64,000 nucleotides of DNA from Octopus vulgaris (taxonomy: Eukaryota), in NCBI GenBank assembly GCA_951406725.2, contig OX597819.1:30442001-30506000 (forward strand). Reading direction: 5' to 3'. The translations under genes were made by a program, and so were the position numbers. Positions 38,431 through 51,574 of this stretch are shown here, piece by piece; within the stretch, counting starts at the first letter, position 1; each line of letters starts with the position of its first letter. The notes under the pieces are model-generated. The model worked only from the letters and a program-made list of their open reading frames with translations, was not told the DNA's origin and searched no databases.

Positions 38431-39194
38431 AGTAAATTTTGATGGATCAGCTGTTTAGTTTGACGTTTCCGCGAGTCAAATCGAAACATAGCCAACTGGG
38501 CAATTAATAATGTCAGAAGTCAAAAGTGACGTAATTGGTAAAAAGGAAACCTGCAGGTCGAGGGTTCGCACCCCGACACTGGTCCTGTGTTCGTGACACG
38601 TGAAAAATACATAACTTTAGCTGTTCCACTCCACTTAGCCGCAGACAGGTACTCTACAAATGTGAAATTTATTAGTATTTCTTTGAGTTACAGTAAATAC
38701 TAAACCGAAATACTGCCAAAGACTGAGGAGATATTTCTAATAGAGGCTGGGCTCACGATGTTTTATCTAACCAAATCACTCAATTCAATTAGAACGTTAC
38801 TATAATGATCCCACTTGCGTCAGAGAAATATTGGTTTATTTTTACTCGGAAGAATGACCTCGTATCTCTCGAAAGATGGAAATGGGAAATAATGGATGTT
38901 CATGCCTTTTCCATATGTATTAGCTAAAAACCTATCTAAGAATCGAAACTGTTTTAGCTAAGAATCGAAACTTGCCAGGAATATATTTACAATTGAAAGT
39001 TAAACAAAGTTTGATAATGACAAAAGAAGAGATCGACAATATAATTCACATTTATGTAGTTCATCGTATAAAAAATTTAGGGACTTGGCAGGTTGAAATC
39101 ATTTACTTCTAAAGTTAATATTAATCTCTAATGTAAGCAAAGGATTCATTCATCGGTTTAAACCATTTCATCTACATTTAAATTGATCTTTAAT

Positions 39195-39634
39195 ATTGGT
39201 TTCAAATTGTGGCACAAGGTCGGCAGTTATGGGAGAGGAGACAAGTCGATTATATCGACCCCAGTGCTCAACTGGAATTTATTTTAGCAACTCTGAAAGG
39301 ATGAAAGGCAAAGTCGACCTTGGCGGAATTTGAACTCAGAACGTAAAGACGAGCGAAAAACTGCTAAGCATTTTGTCCAGCGTGCTAAGATTCTGCCAGG
39401 TCGTCGCTTAATAATAATATTCTTTTCCACTCTAGGCACAAGGCCCGAAATTTTGGGGGAGGGGACCAGTCGATTAGATCGATCCCAGTACGCAACTGGT
39501 ACTTAATTTATCAACTCCGAAAGGATGAAAGGCAAAGTCGATTTCGGCGGAATTTGAACTCAGAACGTAAAGACGGACGAAAGGCCGCTAGGCATTTTTC
39601 CCGGCGTGCTAACGGTTTTGGCAGCTCGCCGCCT
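39195..39634 (-). mobile_element. Two tandem SINE A copies
   Basis: Two head-to-tail bodies. Confidence 0.82.
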
Positions 39635-40659
39635 TACGACCTTACTAATATTGCGATCCAAAAAGCTGTAAATCTCTTCACTTTCCTTTGCTCTCCTCTA
39701 AACTAGAAATTTCTTCATTATCCATTGCTCTCCTTTAAACTCACATTTGAAAGAATCTAACAGAGTAATGTTAACGATTAGAGCAATCAGCTCAGATATT
39801 TTTCCATGATATTGTCTCGATTATGATGAATAGTGGTGACCGAGTTCTAGATACGGATTAATGTTTTCAATCATGAGGGAGTAGTTTCTTGGATTGACAA
39901 AATGTCTGAGGTTTGAGTGGGGGTGTCTATATAAAGAATTTATGTAGCATTCGCAAACAATTATGTGATACAGCTGTAAATAATAATACTATACGAGTCA
40001 GTAGCTATGCCGTCGATCGAGACGCTAAAAATCGTAACCGAATATCCCTCAAATAACTTCCGGCAATCTTAAAAAGAAAGACTCAAAAACATTGGAGTCG
40101 TGTTCATTAATATATTTCCGACAACATATGTAACTATGATAACGTGTAGAAAACTTATTCGAGTTTCGGTTCTATCAAATTTCAGTGACAAGTTTATTAT
40201 TGGACTACTGAAAACTGTGGTTGAAGACCCTGGCCCAAGGTGCCACGCAATAGGATCAAACCTGGAACCACATGATTGCGTGGCGAACTGGTTAACAACA
40301 CAGCTGTGCCTCTCAGAATTCTTACGAAAATAACAAATCATACGTCGGTTGGTGCTCAGGCACAGAATGTATTTGTCAGGAATCATGAATAACATTGTAC
40401 ATTGTGTCTAAAGAGCAAAATGTAACATGCACCTTGCAATGTCAGAATACACTAAGATGTAGCGTTGTCTAATTGCTTTAATTCTACCATGAAGTTCAAA
40501 TTCTGGCAGAATCGGATCAACTTTATTCCTCCTAGTTCAATGATATAACCGAAACCTCTTTGAGATCGATTTAATCGACTCAGTACAGCCTGTGATGATA
40601 CGATGACTGGCAGAGTCCATAAAGCGGCAACGTCAAATGAAATGTCTTCTTTTCTTCTT

Positions 40660-40898
40660 GCACCCTTTTAAAGCCTAGCCAGGCTGATGGGCCCGGTTTC
40701 TATGGCGCATGTATTCCCCAGCTGGACGGGACGCCAGTCCATCGCAGCGTTACTCATTTTTTGCCAGCTGACTGGACTGGAACAACGTGAAATGAAGCGT
40801 TTTGCTCAAGAACACAACGCGTCGCCCGGTCCAGGAATCGAAACCACAATCTTAAGATCATGATGCTGTCACCCTAAAAACTAAGCCACGCGCCTCCA
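40660..40898 (-). mobile_element. SINE family C, tail type 1
   Basis: Head GGAGGCGCGTGGCTTAG. Same structure as 63665-63912. Confidence 0.85.
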
Positions 40899-41394
40899 CC
40901 AAGTGAAATGTATCGCAGTATTACTGACATAAATTTGAATCTCGCACCAGTCGACTTCCCATTTCATTCTGCCGGAATTGATAAACCTATTCAAGTTTGT
41001 GGGTCAAAGCAACTGACCCACCGCTTCTTTTAAAATTGCTAACCTTGTGACAAAATTTCAAACCATTATTGTTCTCATTGCGATAAATTGCTCAATTGTT
41101 TGAGTAGCACAAAAAGCAATCGCTTACAGCCCTCTCTGTCCCCCACCCCACCCACACCCAATGTTGATTTTGCATTTCAAATATGTTTGTACCTTCACAA
41201 CACCAGAATTCTCGTCAAAATTCCTGTTAGAAAATAAATGCGAATTGTGCCAACACTATTTTCGGCTTTGGAAAAATGTTTTCCTAGATTCCCAAACTTC
41301 TTGTTTGGATGACTTGAAAAATAATGGAAAGGTTTGATATAGGAACGAATTAATAACGAAAACAACAACAGCAACAACAACAACAATAATAATA

Positions 41395-41790
41395 ACCCTT
41401 TCTATTATAGGCACAAAGCCTTAAATTTTTTTGGCTGGGGGTGGGGGGTTAGTCGGTTACATTGATTCCAGTGCCCAACTGGTGCTTATTTTATCGACCC
41501 TGGAAGGATGAAAGGCAAAGTTAACCTTGGCGGAATTTGAACTCGGAATGTAAAGACCTAAACGAACTACTGCTAAGCATTTTGTCCGACGCGCAGACGA
41601 TTCTGCCAACTCGCCATTAATAATAACAACAATCCTTTCTAACATGGTGGTTATTTCATCGATCCTGAAAGGATGAAAAGCAAAGTTAACCTCGACGGAA
41701 TTTCAACTCATAACGTAAAAGGTCCAGACGAAATGCTACTAAACGTTTTTATCCAGCGCACAAAACTTTCTGCAAACGTGCCGCCTCGAT
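41395..41790 (-). mobile_element. Two old SINE A copies
   Basis: Diverged matches to the family A consensus. Confidence 0.7.
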
Positions 41791-41902
41791 AATAATAATA
41801 ACAACAACAACAACAATCATCTCCCTTGGTCAATGAAATAAGTTTCAGTAATATATTAGTGTTAATCCGATCAATTTTAACCTTCCCCTTTAAAATTGTG
41901 GC

Positions 41903-41972
<70 letters not shown>

Positions 41973-42143
41973 GGCGCAGGAGTGGCTGTGTGGTAAAGAG
42001 CTTGCTAACCAACCACATGGTTCCGGGTTCAATCCCACTGCGTGGCATCTTGGGCAAGTGTCTTCTGCTATAGCCCCGGGCCGACCAATGCCTTGTGAGT
42101 GGATTTGGTAGACGGAAATTGGTGTGTAAGTTGCGATATTAAA

Positions 42144-42188
<45 letters not shown>

Positions 42189-42386
42189 ATGTCTGTGTTT
42201 GTTCCCCTAGCATTGCTTGACAACCGATGCTGGTGTGTTTACGTCCCCGTCACTTAGCGGTTCGGCAAAAAGAGACCGATAGAATAAGTACTGGACTTAC
42301 AAAAAGAATAGGTCCCGGGGTCGAGTTGCTCGACTAAAGGCGGTGCTTCAGCATGGCCGCAGTCAAATGACTGAAACAAGTAAATG
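41973..42386 (+). mobile_element. SINE B embedded in an (ATT)n microsatellite next to the exon 1 donor
   Basis: (TTA)n on both sides (41904-41972 and 42389-42454). Confidence 0.88.
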
Positions 42387-42388
42387 AG

Positions 42389-42454
<66 letters not shown>

Positions 42455-42457
42455 TAC

Positions 42458-42677
42458 CTTGAGAATGGCTTGAAACTGAATCAAATGTGATGCATCCTCC
42501 GTTTCTGTCACAGGACCTAGTTTTCCAAAGTCCCACGCTTATAGTGTTTCCTTTCAATGTTTCTTGGAGCCATGCATAAGTTGAAAACCCAACAAGAAAC
42601 ATGAGTGTTCCGAAGAAATGCGAAGCAAGTGCAATTTTCATCCATTTGGAAGCGGAGCTGGCAAAATTCATCGGCAT
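42458..42677 (-). CDS. Claudin/PMP22/EMP-superfamily tetraspan membrane protein, coding exon 1 (220 nt)
   Basis: ATG at 42677 in context ACAAGATGC. Translation MPMNFASSASKWMKIALASHFFGTLMFLVGFSTYAWLQETLKGNTISVGLWKTRSCDRNGGCITFDSVSSHSQ contains TM1 and the W...GLW...C...C first-loop signature. Donor G|GTAAAT at 42458/42457, phase 1. Confidence 0.92.
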
Positions 42678-43870
42678 CTTGTCTTGAGAAATGGCAGTTG
42701 TTACTGTTCTTAATGCTGTTGTCGTAGTTTATTTCTATTTTCTCTCCGCGATGTGAACAGTACAACGGACTTAAGCAAATGAGGTAAGCCTTTGCTTCTG
42801 ATCACACACCATCACGTAGTTGACTTTCGTATTTGTCCGCACTTAGCCGAGCTCCGACCTATGACACTCTTAATTTGTACCTTCGACTACGAGTAACTTC
42901 TATTTTGGACAGTTGCACTAATGTTTGACTCATTAACAGTTCTGGTTTATTTTATTTGATTTGATTTGATTTTTATATTTTACTTGTTTATTCGTTGTTT
43001 CTAACAAAAGAGCCACATCTAGCCACCTATGTAACCGCCACTCATTTAATTTCTTTATCAATACACCGAGGGTTTTAAAGTGCATAGTGAGCAGAACGTT
43101 AATTTGCGATCGGTCCTTGTCATTTTTTCCTTCGTAGAGAAAGAGAGAGAGAGAGGGGGGAGAGGGAAAGGGAGAGGTTGAGAGTGGGAGTAAAAGTTAT
43201 GGACGTGGTGGTGTTATGGTGATGACTGTTATTGAAAGTAATAGTAGTAGTAATAGTAGTAGTAGAAGCAGTAGTAATGATAGGGTCAATAAGACTCTTG
43301 AAAGTCTATCATTTCTGTATCCAACCTCAAAAGAAGTGTGAACCTATAATCAATCAATGTGTGAGTACACAATTAAGGTGAAAAAACAAAGCACCTGAGT
43401 GAATTACTCAATTTTGTTACTCCCTCCCCCTCCCCCGCTTTACCCTCATATTAAAGTATTACAGGTTGGCGATAGGCAGGTGACTAAAATTAGATTTCTG
43501 TCTCTCTCTCTCTCTCTCTCTCTTTCTTTCTCTCTCTCAATTTCTTTCTTTCTCTTTCTCAGTCTCTTTCTCTCTCCCTACTTTTCTTCCCCTTCTCTCT
43601 CTCTCTCTCTCCCATTATCTTTCTCTCCCTCTCCCCCTCTCTTCTTCTTCACCCCTTCTCTCTTTAATTGGGAATAGAAACAGATTCTTAAAATCCTGAA
43701 AATAAGATTTTCTGAAATCCTTGACAGGGTGTGGTGAGGTACGTAACTTTTTTTTTTGTTTTCTTTTCACTTCTGTGTTTTTTTTTTTTTTTAATTGGTG
43801 TGTAAGTTTGCGATATTAAATATAAAAGCATACAAGGACAACTCATAAGACAGATACTTTTTCGAGTCGA

Positions 43871-44100
43871 AGGCGGCGAGCTGGCAGAAACGTTAGCACA
43901 CCGGGCGAAATGCTTAGCGGTATTGCGTCTGTCGTTGCGTTCTGAGTTCAAATTCCGCCGAGGTCGACTTTGCCTTTCATCCTTTCGGGGTCGATAAATT
44001 AAGTACCAGTTACGCACTGGGGTCGATGTAATCGACTTAATCCGTTTGTCTGTCCTTGTTTGTCCCCTCTATGTTTAGCCCCTTGTGGGCAATAAAGAAA
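43871..44100 (+). mobile_element. Young full-length SINE A
   Basis: Perfect 19-bp TSD CAGATACTTTTTCGAGTCG at 43851-43869 and 44101-44119. Confidence 0.92.
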
Positions 44101-44344
44101 CAGATACTTTTTCGAGTCGGTCGGTATAAATACGCTATGCATTGTTCTTAATAATAAAGATATTTTTTCTTTATTTTTTTCTATTTTAGTCCCAAGTTAA
44201 CCCTGATTGAGAAAACATGAACAAATGCATTTATGCCATAACGTATCACGAATTACATTATCATAGATTCATGTATCCTTCTCTCTGCACAGTCTTTTGA
44301 GAGAGATACGGCTACCATTTCTAGTGGGTCGAGCAACCATACAA

Positions 44345-44494
44345 GTGCAGGCATGGTTAAGATGTCTCTTTACCACTTGCTTTTGGGTCAGTTCCATTGT
44401 GCAGCATCTTGGGCAAACGTCCTCTACTATAGTCCCAAACCGACCAATACATTGTGAGTGAGTTTGGTAGACGAAAACTGCGTGGAAGTCCGTC

Positions 44495-44570
<76 letters not shown>

Positions 44571-44833
44571 GTATATATATGTATGTACGTATGTATGTAT
44601 GTATGTATTTATGTGTTTGTGTTTCTGTGTTTGTCCCGCCCAAATCGTTTGACAACCGAAGTTGGTGTGTTTACATCCTCGTAACTTAGCGGCTCGACAA
44701 AAGTGACCGATAGAATAAGTACTACGCTTACAAAGAATAAGTCCTGCGGTCGATTTGTTCGACTAAAGGCGGTGATCCAGCATAGCCGCAGTCAAATGAC
44801 TGAAACAAGTAAAAGAAAAAAAGAATATATATT

Positions 44834-44914
<81 letters not shown>

Positions 44915-45086
44915 GACTGGCTTCTTTCAGTTTCTGTCTACCAAATCCACTCACCAGATTTTGGTTGGCCTGAGGCTATAGCAGAAGACACTTGCTCAAG
45001 GTACCACCCAGTGGGACTGAACCCAGAACCATGTGGTGAGAAGCAAACTTCTTACCACACAGACACGCCTGCGCCGCCTATGTATG

Positions 45087-45161
<75 letters not shown>

Positions 45162-45305
45162 CCACTTCTTGACAGCCGGTGTCGGTTTGTTTATGTCTCT
45201 GTAACTTAGCAGTTCGATAAAAGAATTGATAGAATAAATAGCAGGCTTAAAATAGGCACTGAAGCCGATTTACTCAACTAAATCCAATAAGGTGGTGCTC
45301 CAGTT
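44345..45305. mobile_element. SINE B cluster (plus copy 44345-44825, minus head 44915-45075, partial tail 45170-45305) with long (TA)n and (TG)n
   Basis: Matches to the family B consensus. Confidence 0.78.
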
Positions 45306-45389
45306 AAGTAGATTTGTTCAGTATTAGATTTATTTGTGGGGAAATACATGGCATGATAGAAGGCCTTAAGAACTTCTTTATTTCTCCCC

Positions 45390-45721
45390 TAGACCGCTTT
45401 TAATTATCTTTCTTTTAGTTATTTGATAACGAGAGTGGATGGCTATCTGTTGGAATATTCCGGTTGTGAGGTACTTCCAGTTCCTGTGAACCAGTAGCTG
45501 ATTTTTCGTACCCAGTCTGGTTCCTCACTGGGGTGCGCAACCTCGGGAGCCCGTGGTCCGAGTTACACGAAACTTGTTTTATTCCATTTGTATTCACATT
45601 TCAATGGTACCTTTATGCACCAGTTTGGCTGTATTGAATTACAGACAAGCACGCACGCAAGCAAGAACACACGCAAGCAAGAACACACGCAAGCAATCAC
45701 AGAGTTTTAGTAGTATATAGA
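45390..45721 (-). mobile_element. Helitron-like non-autonomous fragment (5' end)
   Basis: Minus strand A|TCTATATACTACTAAAAC followed by short (TGCTTGCGTG) repeats, the same layout as the other Helitron 5' ends here. Confidence 0.45.
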
Positions 45722-45727
45722 TTTAAA

Positions 45728-48643
45728 AACATAAAAGTCAGAAACCATTATATATTGGTTTGACAGAATATCTACTGACTTAGACTCCTTAGAAGAGCAA
45801 AAGTGGGAGGGTATTAAGGTATTAAGAAGTCATGCAAATGGAAGTCTCCAGGAAAGGATAAAATTCCTAGCTTTTGGTTGAATGCCTTCCTACATAGTCA
45901 TGAACTGCTAACAAAACTTTACAACAATGTTTTCCAACAACCTAGTATGATTCCTTCTTGGCTTGATAATGGTCTTACATTCCTACTTCCAAAAAATGAA
46001 GAAACAAAAATTATAGACCCATAATCTGCTTAACAACAATGTATAAAATACTAATATCGTCTTGGAATAAATATACCTGTAGTTTTTTAATAGAAAGTGG
46101 CGTATTCCCTAATGAGCAAAAAGGATGTAAACGTTGGTACTATGGTTGTAAAGATCAGTTACTCATCAACAAGATGATCTTGGAAGATTGTCGCAAACGA
46201 CACAAAAACTTGTCGATAGCCTGGGTAGACTATAAAAAACGCTTTTGATAGTCTATCACATAGCTGGATTAAGAAATGTCTGGAAATGTATAAAATAGCC
46301 TTTACTCTGCGAAACTTCTCGTGTGTAGGTGTGTGATTATAGAGAACCACACTGACTTTGAACAGTGACAATGAATCTCTCAATGCTGGAGATGTAAGAA
46401 TTTCATGTGGCATTTTCCAGGGTGACTCTCTATCACTACTCATCTTTTGTCTAACCTTAATACCTCTCTCGAAATTGCTCAATGATGTATTATATGGCTA
46501 TAAAAGTTTGATAAAAATATAAATCACCTCTTTTACATGGATAATTTAAAGCTCTTTGCAAAAAATGACCAACAACTACAAGGCATACTAGCAATTGTTA
46601 AACAGTTCAATGATGACATCAGAATGAAATTTGGCCTCGATAAATGTGCAAAAACTACCTTTATCAAAGGAAAAAAGACAGAAACATCCAACATTAATTT
46701 TGACCAACAGAATATCAGAGAAGAGTTAGACCCAGCGGAGAGCTACAAATACCTAGGGGTATTTGAAGGTGATGGAATCAAACATTCAGTGATGAGGAAA
46801 AAGATCAGAAGAGAATGTTATCGCAGGGTAAGAGCAATACTTAAGACAGAGCTGAATGCAAAAAATAAAACAGGATCGAAACGATCAACACTTTAGCCAT
46901 ACCGGTCGTGACTTAGTTTCAATATTGATCATGTGGCATTTGATATTAGATATTCTTTGTCTTTTTTATTACTGAGTATGATGCTTTCTTGTTTTCGTGC
47001 TTTAAGACAAGTTTTAACATCCAGTCATCACAATTTTTCAGGCAGCTGAAACCTGTACATGGAGACAACATGACTAATGGTTTCATTTTATTGTTTACAT
47101 ACACGACATGTTGGGATACTGCCGTTCTTTAATATGTTGGCCTGGTATCTCCTTGCAGGCAGGCATTGATCTTGAGCTGTTATGACAAACCCTTCTGTTT
47201 CTGATTTTAAGACAGAAGACACTAACCATTGATGGGTAAAGGCTTTGTCAACATCGGCATTATTAGTTCTTTTTGCTGCCTTAGATACTCTTACTGATAT
47301 TTTTATCAGTTACGGATCAGTTACTGAAATATGTAATCTTGACAGAAAAATACGAAAACTGTTGACAATGCATAGAATGCACCACTATAAGGCAGATATA
47401 AAACGACTTTACCTGCCAAGAAAAGAGGCTGGCTGTGGACTTTTACAACTGGAATTAACAATGAAGATTGCCACAATTGACCTGAAAAATTTTCAGCTGC
47501 CTGAAAAATTGTGATGACTGGATGTTAAAACTTGTCTTAAAGCATGAAAACAAGAAAGCATCATACTCAGTAACAAAAAAGACAAAGAATATCTAAGTGA
47601 ATTCCAAATACAACAAATCCCATGAATAGACGTACTAGAAACAAGCACAGAAAAAGATAAGCGTATCAAAAACCCGTGCTAAAACTGCTGCCTTAGATAC
47701 TCTTACTGATAAATGGCAAGAAAAACCTCTCAATGGCAAGTACCCAAAAAGAACTAAGAATACCGATGTTGACAAAGCCCTTACCCATCAATGGTTAGTG
47801 TCTTCTGTCTTAAAATCAGAAACAGAAGGGTTTGTCATAACAGCTCAAGATCAATGCCTGCCTGCAAGGAGATACCAGGCCAACATATTAAAGAACGGCA
47901 GTATCCCAACATGTCGTGTATGTAAACAATAAAATGAAACCATTAGTCATGTTGTCTCCATGTACAGTTTTCTTGCATCTACACAGTATCTCAACAGTCA
48001 TGATAGAGCAGCACAGTATATTCACTGGGTAATATGCAAAAACCTGGACCTGCCCCATGATAAAAACTGGCGGGAAGACAAACCACCTCCAGTGTTTGAA
48101 AATGATCACATCTCACTCCTCTGGAACTTCACCGTTCAAACTGACAGAAAGATAGCTTTCGAATAGGACTTCAGACAAAAATCATGCCTCCTCATTGATA
48201 TGACTGTCCGAGTCGACATTAATGTATCTGTCAAAACCTACCAAAAACTGAGCAAATATAAAGATCTTGAAATAGAAATTGGTAAAATGTGGAACCTCAA
48301 AACTAAAACAATACTTGTTGTCATAGGTGCCCTAAGAATGATAGCAAAATGGGCTAATTCCTACCTAGCTCAGATACCAGGAAACCCCAAAATGGCAGAA
48401 ATTTAAAAAATAGTGCTCTTGGGAACTGCCCATATCCTACGTAAAATACTGTTTATGTAATCTCAAATATTAAAACAAACTTATAATTCTCTTGTCTTCT
48501 TGAACATTCTCTAGAACAATACTATGTGCAAAACCAAATAACACCAACTAGGCATAACACCAACTTGAACTTCTAACTTGTCTCTTGAAGTTTCTGGGTG
48601 AGACTTGGAGTCAACTAGTACAAATACAAAGCAAAAGTCAAAC

Positions 48644-48706
<63 letters not shown>
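45728..48706 (+). mobile_element. 5'-truncated decayed R4/Dong-clade retrotransposon with (TAA)n tail and an internal rearrangement
   Basis: NYRPIICL, EQKGCK..GCKDQLLIN, AWVDYKK, GIFQGDSLS, YMDNLKLF, FGLDKC, YKYLG, KSETEGFVITAQDQ, CRVC..ETISH, HDRAAQYIHW, KLSKYKDLEIE and VIGAL. (TAA)n at 48647-48706. Confidence 0.92.
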
Positions 48707-48708
<2 letters not shown>

Positions 48709-49194
48709 GAAATGAAACAGGACCAGTGCGTGTGTTTATTGGTACAATAACCTCGAGATAAAATAAAATGCGTTTCAACACACAAGTTCATATCAAGAAT
48801 ATTGCAAACCCGATGTCAAAACCACACACACGCACATTGTCCCCACTCTCCTTCCACACTCCCATTCGCCCCTTTGTCGCCTTCTTCCTACTTTCTCTTC
48901 TAGCACCATTAAAAAATACTATACATTTCGGTTTTATCTTTCCTCTACTAACACCTTTGTATTTTTCATCGCAAAATTTTACTTATATTTCCCAAAATAA
49001 CATCTGTCTCTATTTTATTTCCTCTTTTTGTTCATCGCCCTTTATCTTAAATCTGGTTGTGTTGCTGAATTACACAGAAAAACCTCTTGTATAAACCGTT
49101 TTATTTACTTTATCCATTACACGTGCAGCACGATTTTCATTGCAGTAATGTTTAAAATATTTACCACTTCATACTATTTCTGAAACAGTTTGTA

Positions 49195-49650
<456 letters not shown>

Positions 49651-49907
49651 TAAATACATCCACCCACCTCTGCGTTACTTCGTGCTTACCAACCACCACC
49701 ACCACCACCTCCTCCCCCACCAGCTCCAGCTCCACCTCCACGACATCTTTGATGAATCACTAAATTCTTTCTCGAAACACGCCCATTCTTCACTATCTCG
49801 TTGTCGTCGTTGTTCAACCCTAGGTCAGCTCTCAACCAGCAGAACTATATTCAAAAACAATCCAGTCATAATCACCCTGTATTTATTTTTGTGTATTGGA
49901 GAAATAT

Positions 49908-50250
49908 GTGGAGGCGCAATGGCCCAGTGGTTAGGGCAGCGGACTCGCGGTTGGGGGATTGCAGTTTCGATTCCCAGACCGGGCGTTGTGTGTGTTTATT
50001 GAGCGAAAACGCCTAAAAGCTCCACGAGGCTCCGGAAGGGGGTGGTGGCGACCCCTGTTGTACTCGTTCGCCCCAACTTTCTCTCACTCTTTCTTCCTGT
50101 TTCTTGGTTAATGCTGCGATGGACTGGCGTCCCGTCCAGCTGGGCGTAACACATACGCCACAGAAACCGGGAAACTGAGCCCATGACTAAAAGGCGGTGC
50201 TCCAGCATAACCGCAGTCAAATGACTGAAACAAGTAAAAGAAAAAAGAGT
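49908..50250 (+). mobile_element. SINE C body joined to a SINE B 3' tail (chimera)
   Basis: Family C sequence to ...GAGCCCATGA, then CTAAAAGGCGGTGCTCCAGCATAACCGCAGTCAAATGACTGAAAC. Confidence 0.75.
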
Positions 50251-50269
50251 AAATATGATTAGGAATTGT

Positions 50270-50683
50270 ATTCTCTTTTACTCTCTTTTACTTGTTTCAG
50301 TCATTTGACTGCGGCCATGCTGGAGCACCACCTTTAGTCGAGCAAATCGACCCCAGGACTTGTAAGCCTAGTACTTATTCTATCGTGCTCCTTTTACCGA
50401 ACCGCTAAGTTACGGGGACGTAAACACATCAGCATCGGCTGTCAAGCGATGTTAGAGGGACACAAACAGACACACAAACATATGCACACACATACATACA
50501 TACATATATACATATATACGACGGGCAACTTTCAGTTTCCGTCTACCAAATCCATTCACAAGGCTTTGGTCGGCCCGAGGCTATAGTAGAAGGCACTTGC
50601 CCAAGGTGCCTCGCAGTGGGACTGAACCCGGAACTATGTGGCTCGTAAGCAAGCAACTTACCACATAGCCACTCCTATGCCTA
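50270..50683 (-). mobile_element. SINE family B, full length
   Basis: Family B head and tail, placed tail-to-tail with the preceding element. Confidence 0.87.
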
Positions 50684-51574
50684 TGATAAAATTGTTAAAA
50701 TATTTTGTGAATTGTAGCAGTATAACCAATTTATTGCACAGTTTTTAACAACAAAATCTTATATGGACCCCCAAAAGGCCATACGGACCCCGGTTGAGAA
50801 CTACTGGTCTGCTCAATCTCCTGTGATTGACATCTGAGGAACCAAAACAAACCCTAACGTCATGACCCCTCGATAGTAGGCGATTCCGAGGAGTTTCATC
50901 TTCTTCACGCCACCCCTATATCACAAGTCGTCAGTATCATACGCAATGACATTGTTATTGAAACATGAAATTAATGAAAGTAGAATACAATTGTGTGTAT
51001 TATAATTAACGAAATATTTCGTGTAATATAAGAGAAATGAGTTTAAAATTGCTTGGTACGTGTCACGGCGCCCTTTTTTTTTTATGTCCCATTAACTTTA
51101 GAACCTGGCTAGGTAACCATCGGTGTCTAGAAAATCGGTGTTGTAACTATATTTCGTACCTTTCACTGTCTAAAAGAGCAGTAAAATGTCTTGCCAAAAA
51201 AGAAAAAAAGAAAAGAAAGAAAGAAAAAAGAAAAAAAGGAAGGAAGGAAGGAAGGAAGGAAGGAAGGAAGGAAGAAGGATCCTTTCTATTTGGCTGCACG
51301 TTTTCAAACTTTCAAATTAAATGAAAATTTTCAAGTTTGGTGTATTGATGTAATTTTTCACGCTGAATCCCAGAAAAGTTTTTTAAATCACAGAGGTTTA
51401 AAGTTTGATCATTTTTACCCAGTTACAAAACAGGATTTGGAAGCTGTAATTTTGTGTGACTGCGATGGTAAGACAACAAAACTATCATGTCAGCTTTGTG
51501 ACGATAGCACATGTTTTAAGCATTTAATAAGCGAAATATGACCAAAAAAAACGCGTAAACAATCCATAATTGTT

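Noticed and set aside
62-44017. Recurrent short ORFs 'MRNWYLIYRPRKDERQSRPRRNLNS' that look like a peptide gene family
   Set aside because: They are antisense translations of SINE A copies, most with non-ATG starts.
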